This document shows positions 16,690-29,684 of a stretch of DNA of 64,000 nucleotides, piece after piece (positions within the stretch are counted from its first letter, which is position 1; each line of letters starts with the position of its first letter). The translations under genes and the position numbers were made by a program. The stretch lies in the NCBI RefSeq assembly GCF_009914755.1, contig NC_060932.1, one strand, 5' to 3'. The notes below the pieces were generated by a model that was given only the letters and a program-made list of their open reading frames with translations, was not told the origin of the DNA and searched no databases. Origin of the DNA: the human T2T-CHM13v2.0 reference genome, Homo sapiens.

Positions 16690-17465
16690 CCCTTTGAAAT
16701 ATGGTGTGGTGGAGGGGGGACATTTTGTTCTTTTGGCCTCTTAGATGATAAAACTAAGTGGAGGGAAGTGGGAGGGAGGTTGGCAGCGGTGCTATTAATG
16801 CAGGCAGGGAGACCAGATATACTGGGTCTCGAGCCTTTTATGATGTGCATGCATGTGTTAGAAGGAAACATTGTGACATGGTGGAAAGGGGTATGTGACA
16901 ACCCCCCAACCTGACCCTCCCAACCTGGGAGACCTTCAGGCAATGGCCAACCTCAGCGAGCCAGCCTTCTCAGCTGTAAAACACTGATAGCACTAGCAAG
17001 CTCAAAGCCTGATTAGACAGTGAATGGGCCTAGAATGACCAGTATGTGGTATTTCCTGGGCAGAACCTCAGGAAGAAAAAGAGGGGAGGCAGATGCCAGA
17101 ATTCACAAAAGACAATACAAGCTTGCTCACCGGGAGGTCTAAAGGAAGTGAGGAGACTGTGCAGTGTAAACACAGTGGAAGTCATCCAGTCAACCAACGC
17201 GTGGCACAATGGGGTCCTCATAGGATATGTGGTACCCATGGTCCAGGCTGCTCTTCCTGCCTGCTCTAGTGCAGGAGGGCACAGAAGGCATGTTCTCTAG
17301 GGCACCCTGAGCAGCCCAAGATGAGAGGATAACTGAGTGGTAATGCAGGCCTTGGCAGTATCACCCCACGGGCTGGCCTCCTATCCAGGTTCTGCCTGAT
17401 GATGGGTTGAGCTGTCGCACCAGCCAGGCCCTGTCTGTGCTGTCCTCTCGGCTGTAAAATAAAGA

Positions 17466-17932
<467 letters not shown>

Positions 17933-18189
17933 TTAAATTCAGATAGCTCCTAAGAGCACCATTCTGCCATCTGCTCCAGGAAGCGCTCTCTGGTTGGAAG
18001 CTTTGAATGAGAAAGAGCCTTCTAAACCGCAAAGCTGCCCAGAGGTCAAAACACCACTGTGTGGGGCACAGAGCTCCCTACCACAGGTAGTGAAAAATGC
18101 AGCTCAAGGAGGCGGAACAAGAATGTAATTGATGATGATGTGTTGCCACAGCATATCTTTAACAAGGACTCTTCTGAGCACGGTCCAAG

Positions 18190-18330
18190 TGTTAACTCAT
18201 TGAATGCTTATTTATTACCTCCTGGGAGGTAGGTACCATTGTTATCCAGATTTTATGGATGAGGAAAGGGAAGTACAGAGAGGTTCAGCAACTTGCTGAA
18301 GGACACGCAGTTAGGCAGTGGCAGAGCTAA
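18190..18330 (-). mobile_element. MIR
   Basis: GAGGTAGGTACCATT..ATTTTATGGATGAGGAAA..CAGAGAGGTT. Confidence 0.75.
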
Positions 18331-18705
18331 TACTTTTATGAGTAAATCAAGGAATCAATGAAAGACTCAGTAGATAGAAGAAGGTTGAACAAGGTTACTG
18401 CAAAGGCTCTTTGCAAATGCTAAGATTTTATAATTCTTTGACACTATTTAAGTGTGCAACCTCTGTAACTAATTATTCAACCAACATACCATGCCCCCGT
18501 CCTCCCGCAAGTAATGGTGACTAAAGTTTATGACACCATGGCTCAGAGAAAAAGAGAAAACCTCCTTTACTCCATCCGGGGCAGGTTCCTGACAATGCAG
18601 AAGTATTCTGATATTCAAAACTGTCTCCACAGCCAGTATATTTTTTTCTCCTTGTTTGGATTTCTGACATTGCATAAATGTCAGTTTAATGTATAAAATC
18701 CTATG

Positions 18706-18928
18706 CCGCAGGTCTTCCAATAATGCTGTTTCATTCAACAGCATTTCATTATAACATTGATGAGAAGAATACGGATTCCCGGCCGGGACCACTGTGTGTG
18801 TGGAGTTTGCAAGTTTTCCTCATGTCCTCGTGGGTCTTCTCCAGGCACTCCAGTTTCCCACACCCCAAAAAGCTGTGCATATCAGGTGAACTGCTGTGTT
18901 TATGTGGTCCCAGGGCGATAGAGTGTGG

Positions 18929-18960
<32 letters not shown>

Positions 18961-19184
18961 ATGTGTGCACGTCCTAAGCCACTGGGACAGGCTGTGGCCA
19001 CCTGCGATGCTGTTTGGGGCCTTCATTTAGAAGTTTGGTGATATTTTTATGAACAGAAATACATCAGAGATACTTAACTCTTGTTTATATCAGTTACCCT
19101 ATGGTGAAATCAGTTTTTTATGTCGTTTCCCTTAAACTCACAATTTCCAAGGACCTATCGATGTCATTAAATGAGGACTTACTG
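18706..19184 (-). mobile_element. MER6-family TcMar-Tigger non-autonomous element, internally deleted
   Basis: Ends CCGCAGGTCTTCCAATAA.. and ..TGAGGACTTACTG. Internal GTGTGGAGTTTGCA.GTT..CCTCATGTC..CGTGGG..TTCTCC.GG.ACTCC.GTTTCC V-domain followed by (TG)n. Confidence 0.85.
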
Positions 19185-19897
19185 TGGTCCAAGGATCATG
19201 TTTGCTGAGCTCAGTTTGTTCCAGGTCGCAGGGAGAAACAGAAAATAGCAGCAGACCTTAGGTTGGAACCAGTTCTTCAACCCATTCTGAAAGGTGTGTT
19301 TTCCATTTGAAGCTTCTATCAGGTGGTGAAAGAAAGAACGATGGTACTGTCTGCCTAATCTCTCCCTTTCATTTTAATTTCCTTTTTTTGCCAAAAGACT
19401 GAATTTTAAAACATAAGATTATGTTTTAGAAACAACCAGTAATACACCTCACAAAGACATTCCTATTCGTGGCAGCTAACATGTTTCCTGAGCAACAGTC
19501 TTTATTCATCAAACTCTCCACCAGGTGGTAGGATTAACAGTGTTTTCAAGTAAGAAGAAGAAGAACAAACCTTTCTCTCCATTGTGAAGATGTTATTAAA
19601 AGGGAATTTTCCAAGGTTGCAACAGCGACGCTGACGATTCCTTTTACGTGAAGCAGGTTGCCTCCAAGAGGCTCCCATCTAGCTAGGGAGCTGGCTAAGT
19701 TTACACGCCTGATTGCAAACTTTGCACTCAGCCTTCCTGCTCAGTCCTTTCTCCAAACCCCCCGGCAGGCTCAAAGTGGCTCACCGCCTCCCTCAATCCC
19801 CAGGCACCTTGGGGCTCTTCGAATTCAATTTATAACAACAAGCCACAAAGATGAGTTCTTGCAAGCAGCCATGCAGGGACGGATGTGGAGCAGTTAA

Positions 19898-20169
19898 AGG
19901 AAACAAAATTACAGATAGGAGGAATAGGTTCTAGTGTTCTGTGGCACTGCAGGGTGGCTATAGTAAACAAGGATTTATAATATATTTTCATATTTTCAAA
20001 TAGCTAGAAGAGAGGATTTTGAATGTTCCCAACACAAATGATGAATGTTTGAGGTGACAGATATGCAAATTACCCTGATTTGATCACTCTACATTGCATG
20101 TATGAAAACTCACTACGTACCCCATAAATATGTACAATTACTATTGTCAGTTTTACTAAAAAAAAAAAC
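19898..20169 (+). mobile_element. L1MA-type 3' end
   Basis: GCTAGAAGAGAGGATTTTGAATGTTCCCAACACAAA..TTACCCTGATTTGATCA..CCCCATAAATATGTACAATTA plus poly(A). Confidence 0.85.
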
Positions 20170-20659
20170 ACACTGAAATACCATCACTTCCATCAGCATG
20201 ACAACTTATAACAGAAAAAGTATTTGCATTTCATGTGTATTATCTATTGCTGTGTAATAAATTATGATGAATTTAGCAGCTTAGAAGAAAATAAAGCCAG
20301 AATGTAACAGGCTAAATAAACCCACGGACTCACCCAGTGATGGTGAATCGGGGAGAAGACTCAGAGCCCCAGGCTTTGGGAGAATGAAGCTGCTGGTGTG
20401 AGACCTGGAAAGCACCAGGTGGAGAAAAGTCAGGAACTCCTGCCCAAAAGGATGTTACAGAGCATGGGTTCATGGTCACCAGAGGGCCCAGGTGGTCACA
20501 GCACGTCTCGTGGGCTGGGCTGGGGGCCAGGCACCTGGTGTGACTAGTTTCCTATCTGAACCTTAGAGAAGCTGCCCTTCCCTTCCAGAGTCCCCACTTA
20601 GCCAGGGATATAGGATGACTTGGGAATTACGTTGCATGGGGCCTGAGGTCTCAGGCTTC

Positions 20660-20790
20660 AGACAGAAATGGTGCACTTATAAATCCTGGTTCTGCCACTT
20701 TCGAGCTAAGTGACCTCGGTTAAGTGACTTAACCTCTCTGAACCTTGGTTTCCACATCTATAAAATGGGATTAAGAAAAAAGTGGAAACA
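20660..20790 (+). mobile_element. MIR
   Basis: AAATCCTGGTTCTGCCACTT..GTGACC..TTAACCTCTCTGAACC..CATCTATAAAATGGGA. Confidence 0.8.
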
Positions 20791-21854
20791 TACACTTTAC
20801 AGACAGTCACTGTAAAGACTAGGCTCCCATAGTAAACGAATGAGAAATTCTAATGAGGGGAAGTAGGCAATGCAGCCCAGCCCAGGTGGAGGGCAGACAG
20901 CCTGTCACGTAGAGTGCACAGTTAAACTCTTAAAGTTTTCTAGAAAATGCAATCAACTGAAATTATTTTCTGTGAAGCCTTACTCAAGGTTTGCCCAGAG
21001 CCATCTTTTTTTTTTTTTTTTTTTTTGCTTGCTGCCAGTTAATCAGTTTGCCCCAAAAAATTTCAAGCAAGATCCCCTGTTCCCAAACCGTCTGCAAGAT
21101 TTTCCTCCCCTCTGGCCTCTGTTGCTTGACTTTGACTCCATCTCCTTAGAAGCTGATTTCCACCTCTGCAAGAAAAGGATTTACATGCACAATAACTAAA
21201 CAATGGGCAAACCACCCAACTACATGTCTCCGAGTGCCATGAATTCCTTGAGCTTTCTGGAGGTTCCACTGAGACACACATACCTGGGTCTCACCATCAG
21301 AACCCTCCACTGCCTCCCCTCAGTCTCACAGGTGGCAGCTGAGCTCTCTGACATCCTAATGCTAAAGCTGGTTCTTGGCCAAGTCAGCTTGTGGTTCCGG
21401 TTCACTCCTATTTCACATGAACTGTAAATGGTGGTCGTGGTGGTTGTGTTATGTTATGTTACGTTATATTGTTGTGATGATAATTTGGGCACCATCAGCT
21501 GACTCTAGGATCTAATGAGGATGTAGAGACTTAGATTTATGTTGTTTTTTTTGCCACTGTTCTCACGCTCAGCCAAGGAGGGAGCACGGGGGTGAGGTGG
21601 AGGCAGTAAGGTACTGGGGTGCTGGGAATGAAGCGAGGTAGCTCTACCAGGGCTCAAGGCCTAGATCTGCCATTTCCCAGACACTCGACCAGATGTTGAT
21701 CAAGTCAACTCACTGTGCTGTGTACCTCTCTACAGTTCAGAGTGGGAAGGGTGATTGATGGGGACTCTAAAGGCATAAACTAAGGACGACTGTGATAGAA
21801 CTGCAAGGTTGGTGAAGGTCTGGGCTTATCCCTTCACCAAGAGTGATCCACAAT

Positions 21855-21998
21855 GGCGTATACCTGTAGTCCCAGCTACTCAGGAGGCTGAGGTGGGAGC
21901 TCAGCAGGCAGAAGTTGCAGTGAGCCAAGATCATATACTGCACTCCAGCCCAGGCAACAGAGCAAGACCCTGTCTCCAAAAATAAAAATAAAAAAAAA
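21855..21998 (+). mobile_element. Alu right-arm fragment (old, internally deleted)
   Basis: CCTGTAGTCCCAGCTACTCAGGAGGCTGAGG..GCAACAGAGCAAGACCCTGTCTC plus A tail. Confidence 0.85.
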
Positions 21999-22097
21999 GA
22001 GAGACCTACCAAGTAGAAATGATAATTTCAGACACACAGAAGATCTGGAGGCAGAGGCCCATGTGACCTTGGCCAGTAAGTCACTTCTCCCCTGTGA

Positions 22098-22403
<306 letters not shown>

Positions 22404-22673
22404 TGAATCCACATCTTTATCTGCAAAATCAGGAGGACCGTCAGAAGAGTTGAACTGAGGGCCAACTCGGGTCAGGGCTGTAGTTGCTGGTGTCTGTGAA
22501 TGTCGCTGGGTTGTTCCGGGTGTTTGAGCTCTTGACCACTGGCAGTTCTTTGCCCTTGTTAGGGCTCCAGCACACTAAAGGCAGGGAAGGAGAATAGAGT
22601 CCTTTAATACTTGGCCAATTCAGGGGATTTATTTTGGGCTCCAGTCGAGTCTTCTAAGGATCTAAGAAAAGGG

Positions 22674-22752
22674 TTTCTTTCTTTCTTTCTTTCCTTCCTT
22701 CCTTCCTTCCTTCCTTCCTTCCTTCCTTTCTTTCTTTTTTTTTTTTTTTTTT
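22674..22752. repeat. (TTTC)/(TTCC)n plus poly(T) pyrimidine tract
   Basis: Direct read of the sequence. Confidence 0.9.
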
Positions 22753-23288
22753 CCCACTGGGCCTTTTATTTCCAAAAAGGTAAATGTCCAATTAGATAGA
22801 TTTTTGTTTTTTTATGTGGAGTTGTTTTAGGCTTTTTGAGCTTGAAACAATATTTTGGAGTCATTCCACCCTCTCAGCTAGAGAAGTAGCTGGATTTGCT
22901 TTGGTTGGGGTTTATTGGTTGGGTCTTTCTCAAGAGCTCTCTGCTAAGTAAATATGCATGAAGGGACTTTTTAGCCACTCTGGTGTTTTAGTTCACTGTG
23001 TATTCAAATGGATTTTTTTTAATGTAGCAAAATCTATTACAGTGCTATCTATTGCATTTGATCTTTTCTTTTTTTAATGTAGCTAATGAAATTCAGAGAA
23101 AGTACTTTATTTGTACACCCCAATGTGTACTTTCCAAAAGTCACTTGTAACCCTCTTTTTAATTCTGCCAAATAATTTGGAGCTAATGTTCTTTTCTTCT
23201 CAACTTTTCTGAATTATTGCAAGTAATTTTTAAGTCATATTTTATACTCCATTAAGGGCTTTAGAATCATACATGATTACATAGGATT

Positions 23289-24379
23289 TGTTTAATAAAA
23301 ATTATAGAAGGCCATTGTTTTGGACTAAGTTTCCGCACTAGGCCCCAACAGGGCCGGCTGAGAATCAAAATGGAGTTACCCACGCTAAAGTTCCAGGTCC
23401 CCAAATCCAAACTGAGGCGGGATAGGTAGTCAAAAAGGGAGCCATGTCCTCGAGATGTGGCAACCGTGGCATGGCGACCACAGGGTCAACACGATAAGCG
23501 CCAGCATTCACACTGTAGTCCAGTTCACTCAAGCCAAACTAGCTCCAGTAAGGAATTTCCCCCGTAAGAGGGTGCACATTTTGATTTTACCTGTCCTCAG
23601 ACTGAACCTTTGCTCATTATAATAGTAAAAAACACACTCCCGGGTGGAGATTTCAGATGTTAATGAGACATGTAACATACAAGCAAGCAGGTACAGCTGC
23701 TGCACATGTGCACCCCGAAGACCACCCAGAACATGCTTACTGCTAGCGCCTCTTCCTGCCTCCTTATGAATAACCGTGTAAGGCTGTCATCAAGGGAGTC
23801 TCCCCAGTAAGTCAATGCTGTCCCATCCTCACGAGCAGCCCGCCCTGAATCCTGTCTCAGAGTGTACTGTCTATTCTGCACGTCACTTTCAGAATATCCT
23901 GCCTCTTTTGCAACAAATCGCTCCATGCTGCATCTCCTTTGCTGTGTGTCTCTTGTTTAATTTCTTTTAAACTAAGGAGACAAGAACCGAGGTTTTACAA
24001 CAGCCATCGACAAAACTAAGTTGTCATCTGACTTCCTGAGAAATCAAGAGAGAGTCAATTTCTCAAATAAGCAGGATTAAATTGTCAACTGGTATGATCA
24101 TGAAGTTCTCTCGGCTTTAATCCTTAGCACAAAAAAAGGCAGCCTAAAGTAACCGGATGTTAACTAATCAGTTATTTTTCTAGTGTTCTCTCTAAATGTA
24201 ATGAGTACACACTTTGTTGCTTCTGGTTTCTTCAGTCCTGTTTATAAAGCCAACCTCCTCTGCTCAGCTCACTGGAAAACCTATTCTGTTTGTTTTGTGG
24301 AACGAAGTGTTGCTCAATTCTAGAATCACAATAAAGCCAATTTAGGTCTTTAAATTTCTTGTCATTCTCTCCTTTGGCA
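23289..24379 (+). mobile_element. ERV1 solo LTR (LTR54-like), split by a second LTR
   Basis: GGCCATTGTTTTGGACTAAG..AATCAAAATGGAG..AAAC|TAAGTTG; TATAAAGCCAACCTCCTCTGCTCAGCTCA; AATAAAGCCAAT; TG...CA termini. Subfamily uncertain. Confidence 0.75.
23413..24012 (+). mobile_element. ERV1 (MER4-group) solo LTR, 600 bp, with 4-bp TSD AAAC
   Basis: TGAGGCGGGATAGG...CATCGACA termini; AAAC at 23409-12 and 24013-16. Subfamily uncertain. Confidence 0.85.
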
Positions 24380-24402
24380 CTTTCATGTGTTTTAAAGAGA
24401 AA

Positions 24403-24403
<1 letters not shown>

Positions 24404-24442
<39 letters not shown>
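24404..24442. repeat. (CA)n microsatellite
   Basis: About 19 units. Confidence 0.95.
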
Positions 24443-24447
<5 letters not shown>

Positions 24448-25038
24448 CAGAAGAAATGAAACAAACATCGTCAGAATAACTGGAAGAAAGAAACTTTTAA
24501 CCTACAAATATTCAAACCATATTATTTGAATGCTGAATAGGTTAAAAGGCCATGTTGAAGTACCACTCACACCCACACCGCCCTGTCTAAATCTTGACCT
24601 TCTCAGGAATCAAAACTAACATTTGTTGAGAGACCTTTACTGAATAAACTTGTTTAGTTTTCACATCAACTGTACAAAGTGTGCCTTCATGATAGAAGAG
24701 GAAGCTGAGACATAGAAAAGGTCAGTAATTTGATCACTAAGTAATAAACCTCCAATTGAAACCCAGGCAAACCTTAACACTTAAACTATTCTGCTTCTCA
24801 TTAAGATGCTACTGATAACAATTGAAGGTCTTCATAATGTCTTACAATGGATCTTCTTACTTTACTAGGGCTGATAAGACACAATGGGTTAAAATGTGGG
24901 CTCCCACCAGCTGTGTGGCCTTAGGCAAGGGGGTTACCCTCCAGTTCCTGGGCATCTTACCTGCCAACTGGTAATCTTGTGACTACTCCTCCCCACCCCC
25001 AGCTGTTGCAGATTCAAATGAGATAACAGCTCTGTGTG

Positions 25039-25040
<2 letters not shown>

Positions 25041-25085
<45 letters not shown>
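25041..25085. repeat. (TG)n microsatellite
   Basis: About 22 units. Confidence 0.95.
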
Positions 25086-25086
<1 letters not shown>

Positions 25087-27733
25087 TCCTCCAGGCCTGC
25101 TCCTAATCCACCTCCACCTTGTCCTGCCCTGGGGGGCTCCATCAGGGAGCTCCCTGCCTTTGGCTGCTGGGTGGGCTCAGCTCTTGGTGCCACAGAGTTG
25201 CAGAGGGCAGGACAGAGGAGAGCAAGGTTGCAGGGTTGATCCGCCTGGCTCCTCTCCTGCCAAGTTGAGGAGGGGGCCTTGTGGTCTCTCTCTTCCAGAG
25301 GCTTCTGGCAACTATTGCGATGCTCTCCTGGTTCCCCTAGCCCTTCCCCTACCGTGCCACTTCTTCTGGGGGTGGTAAATGGGCCCAGGTGCTACAGCAT
25401 CCCCTGCTGACTTCTCTGAATGTGGGCACCATCTCTGGAAGCACATCTTTATTCAGACCCTCCATTCAATGCTTCCTGCTGAACCCCAGAATGATAAGAT
25501 GTTCAAAATACTTGGCACTACTGGGTGTACATTAAACTATAAAAAGTAGATGCTACTAAAATTCTTATCAATAAGGCAGGTTCCTGTGCTTCATTTTGTG
25601 GGGTCCTCCTAACTCTCCTGTAACAGAGGGAGTGGGAATTTATACTACCATCTCCCAGGTGAGGAAACGAAGGGTCAAAGAGGTTAAACAACGTGCCCAA
25701 GGTCCCCAGCCCGGAGCAGATGGGCCAGGGCCAGGGCCAGGGTCCAGGAGTTCTGTGTCCTTGGCCAGTGGTTTCCCTGCAGGGATTCCCCTGACTCTGT
25801 AGAAAACACCTCAACTCCAGAGCCCTCTCTAACAGTTGTCCCAGGTGGGAACCACAATAGCGTCCACTGCAGGTGCCTTGAACTTTGACACAAATCCCAT
25901 CCCTGCTGGCCAGCCAGGCCACATAGGAAGGGCTCCCTCCAGGTGGCTTATGATGCTGGGCACCCCGACCATCTTATGCTGCCCCCCACCTCCCTTGTGT
26001 GTCTCTGCTCCTGGTAACAGTGCTTTGGGTGGCTTCTTAGGCCAGGGTTCTGGCTAACTAGTAATGCTGTGTCCTGCCCTAGGGACAAAGAAGCCAAAAG
26101 TTTGACACAACCCATAGGAATGAGAGGAGCATGCTCCCCCAACACAGTCATTAGGCCTTACTGCTTCCAGGCGGATCATTCACAAACCATTTTACCTTAA
26201 AATCAGCCTCCTCCTACTTCAAGTGCTTTTCCAGGAGTTTTCCAAAACTTCCTGCCTTCAGTCAACTCCTCTGTCTCCCGTAGGCTCTGTCTTGAGGAAT
26301 GCGATCACTTTCTCTTATAAACAGACTTAATGCAACTGGAATCAAGGAGGCTCTGGGACTCCCGCATGCACAACTCTCCCAAGAATCCTCTCCCTTAATC
26401 CTCCTGGGGGCCCTGCATCCCCCGCATTGCAGGGGGTGATCACCCACATGCACCTCAAACCTGGCTCACGGAAATGCAGGGACTTGCTCCAGCTCACTCA
26501 GCCGGCCTGGATAGTAGCGTCCCCCTGAAAACCTGGGCGCTTTCTCCTACCTGCCACCTGCCATGCCACCCTCCCAAATCAGCTATGAAAATCTGAGATA
26601 AAGTATACGGATGAGCATTAAAAATAAAGCACTAAGTTTTATTTTATTTTTTTAAAAAGGCAAATGCAAAGCAGCCACTCTCCGTTTTATACACGGGCAT
26701 TCCAATGCTTGGAGGCTCTCATGGTGTAGGAACTTGCAGGTTGGCTGCAAGGCAACCATTCCTCTCACACAAACAAACCAGAGATCAGGACCTAAGGAGG
26801 GAAATGGGGCCAAAGCACTGAACCTCTAAAATTCCCAATTCCCTTACCTCTTCAGAACCATGTGGAACAGGCTTACAGCCAATCTTTTATTTTACTTTAT
26901 TATTATGATTATTATTATTTTGCACACACAGGGCACATGATGCTTTGATATTGAATGTATTCAGGAAGATATCTTTGCTCTCTTGCAGTCTGACTCATCC
27001 ATCTCTAGAACACCCTTCTGTGGGTCTCTCAAGGTGGAGGGAACCTTTCCCTTCTCCGTTCCCATTTTGCTTAGCACCTGTGTATTTATATACGCAGCCT
27101 GACAGGGTATGTCCTTGTCCCCCTCCCCACAGCACTGTGACCTCTGGGACAGCAAGGAACAAGGACCGAGTAGTCTTTCCTCTCTGCATCTCCGCACTTT
27201 GCATGGTGCTCCTGGAAGGTAATAAGTTCCCAGTAAATGTTGGCTCAACTGAAATCAAAACAACCCAACCACCACCAATAACAAGACCAAATAAACAATA
27301 AAACCCCAGATTTTACAGTCCAGTGACTTCCCCTCTGAGCCTCAATATTTTTACATTAAAGTGAAAGGGCTGACCAAAGTGATTTCTAAGGTCATGTTCA
27401 GCTTGTGGATGGGAAGCTAAACAGGCCCTGGTGAGATCACTGGGGTTCCTTCTGCAATATGTACCATTTGGGAGTCCCCACAGATGGCACCCTGGCTCTG
27501 TCAGGTTTCAGACCTCAGAGTCTGAAACTTCTGGGACTGCTTTCAAAATCTAGCGTTGAGAACTGCTAGAAAATGACTTTGCCAAGCGGGTGTGGGCTCC
27601 GAATGGTCCTGGCCACTCTTTGAGAGGGGAGATGCCCTTGGCATGGGGTAGTAGACAGTCCAGCTGCCCCAAGCCAGGGTTGTCTGTGATACCGGGAGGG
27701 TTTTGAGGATGATGCTGGCTGAAGCAAACATAA

Positions 27734-28109
<376 letters not shown>

Positions 28110-29650
28110 AAGCCTCTTATTTTGAGAGTGAAACTGAGACCCAGAGCCTGGAATAGTTTGGGAGCCAAGTTGCAAAGTAACTGAGCGCTGCCACTGGGAC
28201 TCAAATGCAGGCTCTCACAGGGCCCCGGTCTGGGCTCCTGTGACCAAATTAGAGCAGAAGAGAGCTCTCAGCTCCTCAGGTGTGCCAGCAGGGATGCTGA
28301 AGTTTCCACAAAGTCTACACAACGGAACGAAGCTGCATCTAAGTCTTATTCTAGAATTCTTTGTGACCGGGCCAGCTCTTCCATCAGCCTGTGGAGTGTA
28401 TGCACACAGGCATGCAGAACTCACTGGAAAGCTTTTACAAGATGGCTGGTGGATTTTATTTTTTGCTTTCCTGGTCGCTTTTGGTGGTGTGGGAGGGGCC
28501 TAGAGTGAGGGTTAATGTTTAGATCCCTGGCCAAAGCTCTACCCAAATATAAACCCTTTGAGTCAGCAACCTTCTACACAGGAACTGACTCAAGCAAGGT
28601 TACCTGACCAGAAGCCTCAGAGTCACACATGGGAGAGGGCCCTTCCTTGGGTAATGTCAACTGCCTGCCTTTGGGTGGTGTCCTGGCTCGGGGGCTGCTT
28701 GGTGGGGAGGGGAGACAGAGATCTACCTCACCCCCAAAGACCCAGGACCTAGAAGGACTCCTTCCTGTCAAGCTCACAGACGACTTCATCCCCATAAGAA
28801 GGGCTTCCAGATCAGCGACAGCCAATGCTGTGAGCGCCACCAGGGAAGGGGGGCAGTACAGCCCTGATTACAATCAGCAAGAAGGCTGCTCAGAAGGCAG
28901 TTTCCGCCTGCTGCTGCAGAGCTTCGAGGAACAGACTCCACACTCCCTAAGAAACCCTCCTCTGCCATCACTTCTAGCAACGCTTCCTGTTTTTCTCTCT
29001 CACCCTGGGTGGGGTGCTGTGGCCTCCCAGCCAGGGAGGTAGGCAACAAAGGCCCTGCTCAAGCCCAGGTCCTGGCCTTGTCCAATCAGACTCTAAACAG
29101 CAAATGCCGGCCCAGAAAAATGCAGGGAAAGCAAACTTCAGGGTTTGTGGGATTTTGAAAAGGCAAGAGGAGAAGGAGCCCTCTATTCATTCTTTATTTA
29201 GCAAAAAGTGTACGATGGAACTTTTTTCCCTAGACCTGAAGTCAAGGTATACACATACACACATGTAGAGTATGAACTACCTATACATACACACATTCAC
29301 TTAATTATATGTATTATCGCCACTCGCAATTATGCAGAACGTATTTTGGAGAATGTATTATTGGCCTCATTTTGCAGATATAGAAACTGAGACGCCGAGA
29401 GGTTAAGTCTGGCGACCAAAGAGAGACAGAGACAGAGAGACGGGAGACTAGAAGAGGCCCCACGCTGTACCCAGATATTGGCAGAGGCTGAGGGGCACGG
29501 AGTGGTGAACTCTAGTCAGTCATTTCAGCCAACCATGGGATTTCAGAAAACAGCCGGCAGGGGTCCTAATGTTTGGGGCAGGAAGGGGAGGTGCGGGAAG
29601 GCACTGAGGGACCCCCGCACTGGGCGCCCCTTCCCCACCGCAGAGACAAG

Positions 29651-29684
29651 CGGCAGTTTCCACAGCAGCCGGCAGGGGGCAGTG
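29651..29684 (+). promoter_or_regulatory. Candidate CTCF site (core plus upstream module)
   Basis: Core CCGGCAGGGGGCAG at 29669-29682; GGCAGTTTCC upstream module at 29652-29661. Confidence 0.55.

Noticed and set aside
23660-23745. p53-like half sites (AGACATGTAA, GAACATGCTT) in the inner LTR
   Set aside because: These are isolated half sites, not a properly paired response element.
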